A stretch of 43,009 nt of DNA from Candidatus Nanosyncoccaceae bacterium (GTDB lineage Bacteria; Patescibacteriota; Saccharimonadia; Saccharimonadales; Saccharimonadaceae). Positions 24,641 to 32,909 of the stretch are shown in pieces. The DNA is taken from the NCBI GenBank assembly GCA_045630145.1, contig JAZQSO010000031.1:1-43009 (forward strand). Direction: 5' to 3'. Each line of letters opens with the position of its first letter. The stretch's first letter is position 1. A model generated the notes under the pieces. It was not told the origin of the DNA. It ran no database searches and saw nothing but the letters and a program-made list of their open reading frames with translations. The translations under genes were made by a program, and so were the position numbers.

Positions 24641-26233
24641 TTATTTGTCGTCTTTTTCAGACTTAGCCTCAGATTTTACATCCTTAGCAGCATCATTCTT
24701 AATCGTAGCGTCATGTGCCTTTGCGCCAGCTGAAGCCTTCTTAAGGTCCTTCTGGCTACGATACCAATAGGTGCCACCGACTGCGAGTGCGGTAACAGCT
24801 ATGATGGCTGTGATAATTTCCGCAGGACCCGTATGTGGGTATTCTGGCGGAGTGGTTGGCGTGGTTGGAGTGTCTGGCGTATCACAATCCTTGCGCACTA
24901 CGATACGAGATGTGCTCGTCTTGGTGCCAGTTGTGTCGTCAGTGACGGAAATTAAGTTTTCAAGCGTAATTTCACAATCAAATTCATCGTAAAGATTATC
25001 GTTAACCTTCACCTGGTAGGTCAAAGTCGCTGATGCGCCAGGACCAAAGAGACCAAGGTTAAAGCCGTCCGTATTAATTACGTCTGCAAGAATCTTGCCA
25101 TCCGGGTTAGCATTATCGACGAGCTTCGTAGTGCCAGGAACTAGCGTGACACCTTTTGGAAGTTCATCTCTAAAGGTAACGTTTGTTAAATCTTTTGTGC
25201 CATTATTTGTGTAGCGAACGCGGTAAGTTACCGTCTCGCCAGGATTAGCTTCGACCTGGCTCGAGAAGTTTTCACCATCAAGCGAGACTTCCTTTACGAG
25301 ATCGGAGTTAGCCTGCTCTACATGGAACGTATAGCTAACATAGCCAGAATAGTTCGAACAAGCACAGATTTTACCATCCATAGCCAAGCTACCGATTAGG
25401 GCGCCGCCAGTCTTAGTATCCTCCGGGAACACATCGTTATCCGAAGTGTTATTTGTTGCTAGTTTCGTACCATCCGTAGCATTTGCGTTATGAAGCGCGA
25501 CGGTCGCATCGTCGAGGACAATCTTCATGTCCTTATCGCTAAGGTTTGCAAGATGAAGACTATCGAAGACGTAATCATTCTTCGTAAGAACAACGTTACC
25601 GTCGCCATCTACTTCATAGGCATTCGTATCATTATTCCAGTGGAAGCTATCGTAAGTATACTGAGCACCCAACTGCGCGTTCGTCTGCCCTGCGGCTACC
25701 GATTCAGGCAACTTAATGCGGAAGCGCGTATTGTAAACCGTACCAATTCCGCCACATTCACCAAGATCAGTGTAGCCACCATCTGGGAATCCGTTGTTAT
25801 TGATATAATATGCGCCCGCTTTTGCGTTCATGTTGCCAAGAATCGCAATTGCATCGTTATGGTAATAATTACGCACTTCGTAAGTCTTACCAGCTTCAAG
25901 TGCGAGATATTCGCCCTGACCCGCATAAGCTTCGAAAGTACCATTTGCGTCATCGGCTGCACGAATACGAACGAATTCGAGCTCGTTGCCGAGACCAACT
26001 CCAAGACAGGCTTTGTTATTATCGCCGTCCTGATAGTTGTTTTCTTCGCAGTTATTCGAGATATGGTTCAAAATACCATACTTCGACGGAGTACCCATGG
26101 TGTAGCTCTCGCCTGGAATATTCGTATCCCAAGCGTGAGTTGACGCCGCAGGAGCAACTACTGACGTTACCGCCGCAGTTGCCGCGAAGAGCAACTTTCT
26201 CCATTTAAATTTTGTATTTGTTTGTTTTGGCAT
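24641..26233 (-). CDS. Secreted surface protein with a DUF11-type repeat domain and a C-terminal YPHTG-plus-TM anchor
   Basis: Signal peptide (KLLFAATAAVTSVVAPAASTHA). DUF11-like region GETVTYRVRYTNNGTKDLTNVTFRDELPKGVTLVPGTT. C-terminus is TPTTPTTPPEYPHTGPAEIITAIIAVTALAVGG followed by a charged tail. Confidence 0.7.
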   Translation of the reverse strand: MPKQTNTKFKWRKLLFAATAAVTSVVAPAASTHAWDTNIPGESYTMGTPSKYGILNHISNNCEENNYQDGDNNKACLGVGLGNELEFVRIRAADDANGTFEAYAGQGEYLALEAGKTYEVRNYYHNDAIAILGNMNAKAGAYYINNNGFPDGGYTDLGECGGIGTVYNTRFRIKLPESVAAGQTNAQLGAQYTYDSFHWNNDTNAYEVDGDGNVVLTKNDYVFDSLHLANLSDKDMKIVLDDATVALHNANATDGTKLATNNTSDNDVFPEDTKTGGALIGSLAMDGKICACSNYSGYVSYTFHVEQANSDLVKEVSLDGENFSSQVEANPGETVTYRVRYTNNGTKDLTNVTFRDELPKGVTLVPGTTKLVDNANPDGKILADVINTDGFNLGLFGPGASATLTYQVKVNDNLYDEFDCEITLENLISVTDDTTGTKTSTSRIVVRKDCDTPDTPTTPTTPPEYPHTGPAEIITAIIAVTALAVGGTYWYRSQKDLKKASAGAKAHDATIKNDAAKDVKSEAKSEKDDK

Positions 26234-26275
26234 ATCTTAACTCCTTTTTACAAAGTCATCCCCCTTTTACGATTT

Positions 26276-28561
26276 TTAGAACGCATCAGAATTCAAGGCA
26301 TCATAATCTGGTTGCGCTGCCGTGTCATCGTTATGCTCCTGATTAACCTGCTGTTGTTCGGCTGCCGCATCCTCGCGCTGCTGACGCACCGCAGCACCCT
26401 CATCCGTATCGTTTATGTCGCCTGCCTGATCCTGATTGGCTTGTTGTGATTCGGGACTCTGTTGATCGACGACCGGATTTGCTGGATTGTAATCCTGCTG
26501 ACTCAAATCTTCAGCTTCGCGTTCACCTGCTTCCGTTGGCTTTACATTACCACCTTGGCCTTCTGCCAAACCTTCCTCATGCTTAGAATTGTCTGGAGTA
26601 TCCGGTGTATCCGGAGTATCTGGCGTGTCAGGAGTGTCAGGTGTATCCGGAGTATCTGGCGTATCCGGAGTATCCGGAGTATCTGGTGTATCTGGAGTAT
26701 CTGGCGTGTCAGGAGTGTCTGGTGTGGTTGGTGTATCCGGGGTGTCCGGATTATCTGGCGTAGTTGGAACATCAGGCGTTTCTGGCGGAGTAACCGGATT
26801 GCCTGTAATTTCCAAAACTGCCTGAGCACAGACCTGCTTAACCGTATAGATAATGCCATCTTCAGTCTCAAAGACGAAACATGGTGTACCAGTCTTTTCG
26901 AATGTCGTGTATTGCCTAATAAGCTCGATATTATCCTTCGTAAGAGGCGCATCTGGATTAACTTGCTTAGCATAGTAGTTCAAGTACTTACCACCTTCAA
27001 GCGACCCCTTGCGGACCTTCGCATTATTTACGAAATCTTCATAATTCTTGCAAAGCTCTTCGTAACAACCATCTTTGTTAGCAATGATTGCATCTTCGAG
27101 TTCTTCACCAGTCAAATTGCGGATCGATTCAGGAATATATTTTTGTCCGCCATGAATAGACATGTAGTCAGCGAACATTGCCATATTGACTGCCTGACGC
27201 TCATTGACTTTAATAAAGTGTTCTTTAAAGCTCTTGACGCCCTGCTCGGTCGACAAATCTTCATTAGCAAATTCTTCATCGTCAACCAAATTGTATTCAC
27301 CAAGCTTATCCTGATTAATGCCATCACCAGTTTCGTTAGCGAAGAGGCCACGCGCATCATTACCAGTCGAAGCATCCCAAATACCTTCATTGGCTTCAGC
27401 TGCTTCAGCGTCTTCGCCCGTAATATTACGGAAGGCTTGCTCGCTTGTAATTGCCTGATCACCTGTAATGGTTGTCGTATAAGCAGTTTCGTTACTACTT
27501 GCCTTAGCCTTATCTTTCTTGCCGCCAAAGCCAGCAAATAGACCGCCAGCCAAGAGACCAACTGCTGCAACTGCCGCCGCAACGCGCATACCAATATTAC
27601 GAACTTTCTTCTTTTCGCGCTTTTCCTGACTATTACGTCCAGTTTCTGCGGCTGCTGCTGGTTCTGGTTCTGCTTTCGGATCGCCTGTTCCTTCTGGACG
27701 ATAGCTTGCGCCGCCTTCTGCCAAGAAACGATCAAATAGCTTACCGAGCTCTGGAGTAGACATCTGACCAAGCTCGCTTGGATTAACGCCCGCTACATCG
27801 CGTAGCCATGCATCGTTAATATGCAGGTTTGCGATTGTGTTATTACGGAAGCTTTTTTCTGCTTCGGAGCGCGGATTGCCTTCATTTGCGTTTGCAAACA
27901 CACTTTCAAGGTCGCCCTGTGCCTGTTTTAGAGTCTCTGCTTTAATATATTCATTCTTCGCGCGCTCTAATTCCGCATCATGCTGTGCCTTATAATCGGT
28001 TTCTAGGGTTACATGGCCATTCTCGTCAACGTTAGCAATAACAGCTTCGGAGAAACCATTGTTATTTAATACTGGAGCTTCATAGCTAGACTGCGTTGTT
28101 GGCTGAGCTGGCTGCTGTGCTGGCTGAGCTGGCGCTGACTGCTGAGGGGCTTGATTACCACCCTTGCCGCCACGACCATGTTTACGAATCAATCTATCGC
28201 CAATTCTTGCGATACTAAAGTCGTCAAGATCATTGAGCTGTTGAACCGTGCGCACTTCCATGCCAAGTTCTTTAGCTGCCGTCGTGACCAAAACGAAATC
28301 AAAATTATGAACCGTCTTGAGGAATTCCTTGTGATTCTTCTCTGACTCAAGTCGCTTAGCAATATCAGCCGCCAATTCATTCAGCTGATCATGATTTAAC
28401 TTATTGAAATCTTCCAAGCTCATCGTAGGACGAACTTTGCGAAATGCGGCCATCGAATCTTCATCATCAAAAATCGAATCACGAAGCTCGAGGTCTTCTT
28501 GGGTAAGCTCCTGATTGTTCTCTCTCTCAGGAGAACTACCAGGTCCGTTTTCGTGCTGCAT
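26276..28561 (-). CDS. Hypothetical bitopic membrane protein (761 aa) with an extracytoplasmic domain, a (PDT)n repeat and an acidic C-tail
   Basis: Single TM segment near residue 335 (MRVAAAVAAVGLLAGGLFAGFGG). About 17 P-D/T-T units. No motif recognised. Confidence 0.65.
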   Translation of the reverse strand: MQHENGPGSSPERENNQELTQEDLELRDSIFDDEDSMAAFRKVRPTMSLEDFNKLNHDQLNELAADIAKRLESEKNHKEFLKTVHNFDFVLVTTAAKELGMEVRTVQQLNDLDDFSIARIGDRLIRKHGRGGKGGNQAPQQSAPAQPAQQPAQPTTQSSYEAPVLNNNGFSEAVIANVDENGHVTLETDYKAQHDAELERAKNEYIKAETLKQAQGDLESVFANANEGNPRSEAEKSFRNNTIANLHINDAWLRDVAGVNPSELGQMSTPELGKLFDRFLAEGGASYRPEGTGDPKAEPEPAAAAETGRNSQEKREKKKVRNIGMRVAAAVAAVGLLAGGLFAGFGGKKDKAKASSNETAYTTTITGDQAITSEQAFRNITGEDAEAAEANEGIWDASTGNDARGLFANETGDGINQDKLGEYNLVDDEEFANEDLSTEQGVKSFKEHFIKVNERQAVNMAMFADYMSIHGGQKYIPESIRNLTGEELEDAIIANKDGCYEELCKNYEDFVNNAKVRKGSLEGGKYLNYYAKQVNPDAPLTKDNIELIRQYTTFEKTGTPCFVFETEDGIIYTVKQVCAQAVLEITGNPVTPPETPDVPTTPDNPDTPDTPTTPDTPDTPDTPDTPDTPDTPDTPDTPDTPDTPDTPDTPDTPDTPDNSKHEEGLAEGQGGNVKPTEAGEREAEDLSQQDYNPANPVVDQQSPESQQANQDQAGDINDTDEGAAVRQQREDAAAEQQQVNQEHNDDTAAQPDYDALNSDAF
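26591..26745 (-). repeat. In-frame 9-bp tandem repeat encoding (P-D/T-T)n, about 17 units
   Basis: Plus-strand units are gtatccgga, gtatctggc and gtgtcagga, repeated. The protein reads PDTPDTPTTPDTPDT...PDTPDN. Units differ at synonymous positions. Confidence 0.9.
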
Positions 28562-28761
28562 TTTAGTTCCTTTTTGTTTTTATTTTTGACCTTTTGCAAA
28601 AAGTTTAGCATTAGCTTTTATAAAAAGTCAAGAAAGAAAAATGTGCCAAAATCTTTCAAAAAGCTGCATAAATTTTTTAACGCACATTTTTTAAAACAAA
28701 AAAATCTGCGAAAAATCGCGCACAAAAAATTCGGCCTGCATATTTTTACGCTTCCAGGCCG

Positions 28762-28805
28762 AATACAAAACTATTTAGACCAGCTCTCTCAAGCTGGTCT
28801 AAATA
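28762..28805 (-). terminator. Intrinsic terminator after the 87-aa gene
   Basis: 13-bp stem around TTTAGACCAGC/GCTGGTCTAAA followed by UUUUGUAUU on the minus strand. A second 10-bp hairpin ATTCGGCCTG/CAGGCCGAAT lies at 28729-28764. Confidence 0.75.
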
Positions 28806-28949
28806 TACTCGTCGTATAAATATCCCCTTTCGTTAGTATTAATATTTTGACTACATAAGTTGCTTTATGGCGCCATTAAACTCTTTCTTATAATGTACTC
28901 CTTTGTTAGTGGGTTTTAGTTTTAGCAAAAGAACAAATTATTATTTAGA

Positions 28950-29213
28950 TTAGTGAACTTCAATACGCCCCAAGACGTTATTAATGAAGCCACCGATTTT
29001 CATTGCTTTAATTTTCTTTAAGGCTTCCGGCGATGCCTCTTCCGGGCTAACGTAAGTTTCTTCACCCTTCATTGCTTCGAAGTCCATACCGTCGAGATCG
29101 TCTTCCTGTCCTAGAGCCTCTTGTGTGTTTTTAAAGTTTTTCGCGTCTTCATTCGCGTCGTAGTTGCTCATTTCTGGAATATTGAACATCTCTTTATTAT
29201 TACGTTTTGCCAT
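28950..29213 (-). CDS. Small acidic protein (87 aa) with a basic amphipathic C-terminus
   Basis: Consensus promoter at 29342-29314, GAAAGGAAAC SD, terminator at 28762-28805. C-terminus is ALKKIKAMKIGGFINNVLGRI. Confidence 0.55.
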   Translation of the reverse strand: MAKRNNKEMFNIPEMSNYDANEDAKNFKNTQEALGQEDDLDGMDFEAMKGEETYVSPEEASPEALKKIKAMKIGGFINNVLGRIEVH

Positions 29214-29313
29214 TTTGTTTGTTTCCTTTCGGCTATTGCCTTCCGGATACCCAGCGGAATTATTTTTATTTTTGTTTTGTTAGATGTTTTTGTTTGCTTA
29301 TCTAACTGTCCTT

Positions 29314-29342
29314 ATATTAGCATAAGCTTTTTATTTTGTCAA
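29314..29342 (-). promoter_or_regulatory. Promoter TTGACA-17 nt-(TGc)TAATAT for the 87-aa acidic protein gene
   Basis: On the minus strand, TTGACA is at 29342-29337 and TAATAT at 29319-29314. Confidence 0.7.
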
Positions 29343-29424
29343 CTACATTTATGCCCTATTTTTCATACATTGTCAAAATATATAGATATATAAGGGGTCT
29401 TGCAATTCTATAAAAATATTTTCA

Positions 29425-29466
29425 CCAACAAAAATACCCTCCGCGTATATATATCACGGAGAGTAT
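29425..29466 (-). terminator. Intrinsic terminator after ileS
   Basis: 10-bp stem (1 mismatch) ATACTCTCCG/CGGAGGGTAT followed by a U-run on the minus strand. Confidence 0.65.
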
Positions 29467-29475
29467 TTATATCTA

Positions 29476-32361
29476 TTAGGCTTTTTCGAGTGAGATTGTC
29501 ACCTTCTCGCCATTTACCTTCACTACTTCGTCGTAGGCATAGTTGCCATCATCGAGCGTTGTGGCTAAGACTTCACTCTTCAAGGTATCAATATACTGTT
29601 CAGGAACCTTGCAGGAAACGCTTAGCTTAATACGATCGTCGACATTGAGACCAGCCTTCTTACGACCAGACTGAACGAAGCGGATAAGCTCACGCACGAA
29701 ACCTTCTTCTTCGAGTTCTGGAGTGAGCTTCTTGTCTAGACTCAAAGCTTCACCATGCTCGACCACCTTAACGTTAACTTCCTCGGCGATGATTTGCTCA
29801 TAGAACTCATCGAGTTTCTCGCCGCCATAGACAAGCTTAGCGAGTGGCTGGCGTACCTTAATCTGACCGAACTCGTCATTGCGATCCATACGTACAGCCA
29901 AGCCTTCGGTAATGATAGCGCGACAGCGATCCATCTTACCAAGAAGCACAGCATCAATTTCACCTGCTTCTGGCCAATCTTGTAGATGCACGCTGCTTGT
30001 GCCCATCATATTCTGCCAGAGCTCCTCAGCGAGGAATGGTACAAATGGTGCCAAGATTAGAGCAAGATACGAAAGCACGAAGTGCAAAGTTGTATATGCC
30101 TCATCTTTATCCTCAGTCTCTTCACTCTTGTAGAAGCGACGGCGACTACGGCGAACAAACCAGTTAGACATATCGTCTACAAATGGCAAGACACCAGCAA
30201 GCGCGGCAGGAATATTATATGCATGCATATTGGTATCGATATCATTGCGTAGCTGATAGAGACGAGCCACAATCCAAGCATCGAGTGGATTCTTGAGATC
30301 TGCTACCTTGAGAAGCTCAAGCTTATCACCCTTAAACTCCCAACCGTCTACAGAAGCATACATTGTAAAGAAATCGTAGACATTCCAAATCATCGTAAGC
30401 TTACGTGCAGTATCCGAGACATCCTTATCGAGAAGCGCGAAATCTTCACCGGCAAGCACTGGGCTTGAAAGCATTACGAAGCGAAGTGCATCGGCTGAAT
30501 ACTGATCCATCAAGACGTTCGGATCGGTATAGTTGCCGAGAGACTTACTCATCTTGCGACCATCATTACCAGCAAGCGTACCAGTCGTAATAACGTTTTT
30601 GTAAGCCTTGTCGCCAAAGAGCGCAGTGTTTACGGCATGGACATAATAGAACCATGCACGTACCTGACCAACGTATTCAACAATGAAATCAGCTGGATAA
30701 TTCTTTTCAAACTTCTCTTTATTTTCAAATGGATAATGAAGCTGAGCAAATGGCATTGAGCCAGATTCAAACCAACAGTCTAAGACCTTATCGACACGCT
30801 TGAAATGCTCACCGTCGATATCGAATTCAATTTCATCAACCCACGGACGATGGTAATCTTCAAGGCGCTTACCAGATAGTTCGTAAAGCTCGTCATAAGA
30901 ACCGACTACCTTAAGCGTACCCTTATCGCCACGCCAAACTGGCATAGCCGTCGCCCAGAAGCGATCGCGTGAGAGGTTCCAATCTGGAGCAGCCTCAATA
31001 TTCTTTGCAAAGCGACCATGCTTGAGGTGTTCTGGGAACCAGTTAATGTCCTCGTTCTTCTCGAGCATCAAAGGCTTGCTACCCTCAATACCAAAGAACC
31101 AGCTTGGAATTGCGCGATACATGATGCGCTGTTTACTGCGTGGATTGAATGGATACTCGTGCTTAATATACTCAATCTTCCAGATAATGCCCTTCTCTTC
31201 AAGACACTTAGCAATAAACTTGTTTGCTGCCCAAACTTCAAGACCATCTTCGTCAGTATCGCGAACACCAATCTCATGAAGCTTCTCTGCCCATTCTGGG
31301 AAATAATAACCATTATCATCGATAGTATGGCGAGTTGGAACGCCGTTCTTCTTGCCGAGCGCAAAGTCGTCTTCACCATAAGCTGGCGCGATATGCACGA
31401 TACCAGTACCATCTTCCGCGGAAACAAAATCTGCCGTCCAAACCTTGTGAGCGTTTTCATTCTTCTGGATATCATCATCCATATCGAAGAGTGGCTCATA
31501 TTTTAGGCCAGCAAGGTCCTTGCCAGAATACGTTTTAAGGGCCTCAGCGTCCTCTCCAAGCAACTTTTTGGCCAAATCCTTAGCCATAACCGTTTTCTTA
31601 CCATCGACGTCATACAGGCCGTATTCGAGCTTCTCAGACACTGCGAGTGCCATATTAGCTGGCAAAGTCCAAGGCGTTGTCGTCCAAGCCATAATATATT
31701 CGTCACGATCAACGAGTTTAAAGAATACGTAAGCGCTTGGATCGGTAACCGTCTGATACGCATCGTTATCCATCGTAACCTCTGCCTTAGAAACAGGGGT
31801 CGCAAACTTCGTATCAAACATCAAGACCTTTTCACCTTCGTAAATCTTACCCTTTTCGTAAAGAGTCTTGAATGCCCACCAAACCGATTCCATGAAGTCT
31901 TTATTCATAGTGCGGTAGCAGTTATCGAAATCTACCCAGCGGCCAATGCGATCGATCGTACCACGCCAAGTTTCAGAATTAGCTACCATCGACTCGCGAG
32001 CCTTAATAATGTAATCCTCGAGAGAAATCTTTGTGCCAATATCACGGCGATCAGTGATACCGAGCTGCTTCTCAACAAAGTTCTCTGCTGGGAGACCATG
32101 ACAGTCCCAGCCCCAACGGCGCTCAACACGCTTACCATTCATTGTCCAGAAACGAGGAACAGCATCCTTCACAACACTAGAAAGAAGTGTGCCATGATGA
32201 GGCATACCGGTAATGAATGGAGGCCCATCATAAAAGACATAAGAATCGTCAATATCGCGCTGCTCAATCGACTTTTCAAAAGTCTTATTCTTCTTCCACC
32301 AATCGACGAGGGCTTTTTCGTACTCGCTCGCACGACGGCGTTCGCCGTATTTGTACTTCAT
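29476..32361 (-). CDS. ileS: Isoleucine--tRNA ligase
   Basis: Class I motifs PPFITGMPHHGT (HIGH-like) and RKMSKSLGN (KMSKS), with a large editing insertion. I prefer ATG 32361, which has AAAGGAG 8 nt upstream, over the track GTG at 32370. Confidence 0.95.
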   Translation of the reverse strand: MKYKYGERRRASEYEKALVDWWKKNKTFEKSIEQRDIDDSYVFYDGPPFITGMPHHGTLLSSVVKDAVPRFWTMNGKRVERRWGWDCHGLPAENFVEKQLGITDRRDIGTKISLEDYIIKARESMVANSETWRGTIDRIGRWVDFDNCYRTMNKDFMESVWWAFKTLYEKGKIYEGEKVLMFDTKFATPVSKAEVTMDNDAYQTVTDPSAYVFFKLVDRDEYIMAWTTTPWTLPANMALAVSEKLEYGLYDVDGKKTVMAKDLAKKLLGEDAEALKTYSGKDLAGLKYEPLFDMDDDIQKNENAHKVWTADFVSAEDGTGIVHIAPAYGEDDFALGKKNGVPTRHTIDDNGYYFPEWAEKLHEIGVRDTDEDGLEVWAANKFIAKCLEEKGIIWKIEYIKHEYPFNPRSKQRIMYRAIPSWFFGIEGSKPLMLEKNEDINWFPEHLKHGRFAKNIEAAPDWNLSRDRFWATAMPVWRGDKGTLKVVGSYDELYELSGKRLEDYHRPWVDEIEFDIDGEHFKRVDKVLDCWFESGSMPFAQLHYPFENKEKFEKNYPADFIVEYVGQVRAWFYYVHAVNTALFGDKAYKNVITTGTLAGNDGRKMSKSLGNYTDPNVLMDQYSADALRFVMLSSPVLAGEDFALLDKDVSDTARKLTMIWNVYDFFTMYASVDGWEFKGDKLELLKVADLKNPLDAWIVARLYQLRNDIDTNMHAYNIPAALAGVLPFVDDMSNWFVRRSRRRFYKSEETEDKDEAYTTLHFVLSYLALILAPFVPFLAEELWQNMMGTSSVHLQDWPEAGEIDAVLLGKMDRCRAIITEGLAVRMDRNDEFGQIKVRQPLAKLVYGGEKLDEFYEQIIAEEVNVKVVEHGEALSLDKKLTPELEEEGFVRELIRFVQSGRKKAGLNVDDRIKLSVSCKVPEQYIDTLKSEVLATTLDDGNYAYDEVVKVNGEKVTISLEKA

Positions 32362-32619
32362 TTTACGCACTCCTTTCTTTAATTAATACTTTGTAAAATG
32401 ATTGAACAAAAAAGTTCCAACTTTCATTGGAACTCACATATCAAACGCAATTTTTGCGATGATTACCTGAGCGGTACCATCCAATTTCTAGTTCAGTTTC
32501 ACTTCCCTAGCTCTCATTTCATCTCTCACGCGGATTTACGAGCGATTCTAATCAGTGTATAAGATAAACCCACACCTTTCTTTCGCTAGCTCGCAGTCGA
32601 TAGCTGCTCAAACGCCTTT
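32362..32619 (-). promoter_or_regulatory. T-box-like leader of ileS with antiterminator/terminator alternative
   Basis: The minus strand reads AAATTGGATGGTACCGCTCAGG (32487-32466), compared with the T-box consensus ..GGGTGGTACCGCG. ATTGGA (32485-32480) can pair with TCCAAT (32431-26), which overlaps the 5' arm of the terminator AGTTCCAA/TTGGAACT (32434-32413) plus U6. Stem I and the specifier were not resolved by eye. Confidence 0.65.
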
Positions 32620-32625
32620 ACAGAT

Positions 32626-32634
32626 ATTATAACA
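32626..32634 (-). promoter_or_regulatory. Extended -10 promoter (TGtTATAAT) for the ileS leader
   Basis: The minus strand reads tgTTATAAT. There is no good -35 element. Confidence 0.5.
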
Positions 32635-32714
32635 CATTTGTGCAACACTATCATAAATTCAGAACAATGAACGTTCTTCATTTACGTAGTGCTGCACAAT
32701 AATGTTCAATTCTC

Positions 32715-32761
32715 GAAGCGAGAATGATTAATGAGTTATGTATTACTTGATTAATAAATGA
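32715..32761 (+). pseudogene. Frameshifted relic of a copy of the 3' end of the thioredoxin-fold gene (inverted orientation)
   Basis: aATGATTaATGA-GTTATGTATTACTTGATTaAtaAAtga compared with the gene's ATGATTgATGAtGTTATGTATTACTTGATTgAgcAAtaa. There is a 1-nt deletion, and no ORF upstream. Confidence 0.45.
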
Positions 32762-32909
32762 CAGCATAACACATATATCTTAGAATGTACCGCAGGCTAC
32801 GGCCGAGGTAGAAGAAAAAGCCACCCGTAACGACGGGATGGCTTTATTCTGTTTCTAAGATATATGTCGTTATGCTGTTGTATTATTGCTCAATCAAGTA
32901 ATACATAAC
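32735..32909. repeat. Imperfect ~51-57-bp inverted repeat flanking the operon terminator
   Basis: The left arm is 32735-32785 and the right arm is 32853-32909. Shared blocks are GTTATGTATTACTTGATT, CAGCATAAC and CATATATCTTAGAA. The right arm includes the last 27 nt of the CDS 32883-33149. Confidence 0.85.
32811..32843 (-). terminator. Intrinsic terminator of the ftsA-ftsZ-nrdR-trx-like operon
   Basis: On the minus strand, AGCCAUCCCG-ucguua-CGGGUGGCU (1 bulge) followed by UUUUUCUUC. Confidence 0.75.

Noticed and set aside
26585-26790. A possible CRISPR array or other noncoding tandem repeat.
   Set aside because: The period is 9 bp with no spacers, it is in frame inside a long ORF, and no cas genes are present. 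It is a coding repeat.
26462-27541. A 359-aa plus-strand ORF, and the (SGV)n ORF at 26589-26825.
   Set aside because: Both are antisense shadows of the 761-aa gene. The SGV repeat is simply the reverse complement of the (PDT)n codons.
28950-29213. A double-glycine bacteriocin leader (…KAMKIGG|FINNVLGRIEVH).
   Set aside because: The leader would be 75 aa and the mature peptide only 12 aa. The residues at positions -4, -7 and -12 do not fit the LSxxELxxIxGG consensus. No ABC/C39 transporter gene lies nearby.
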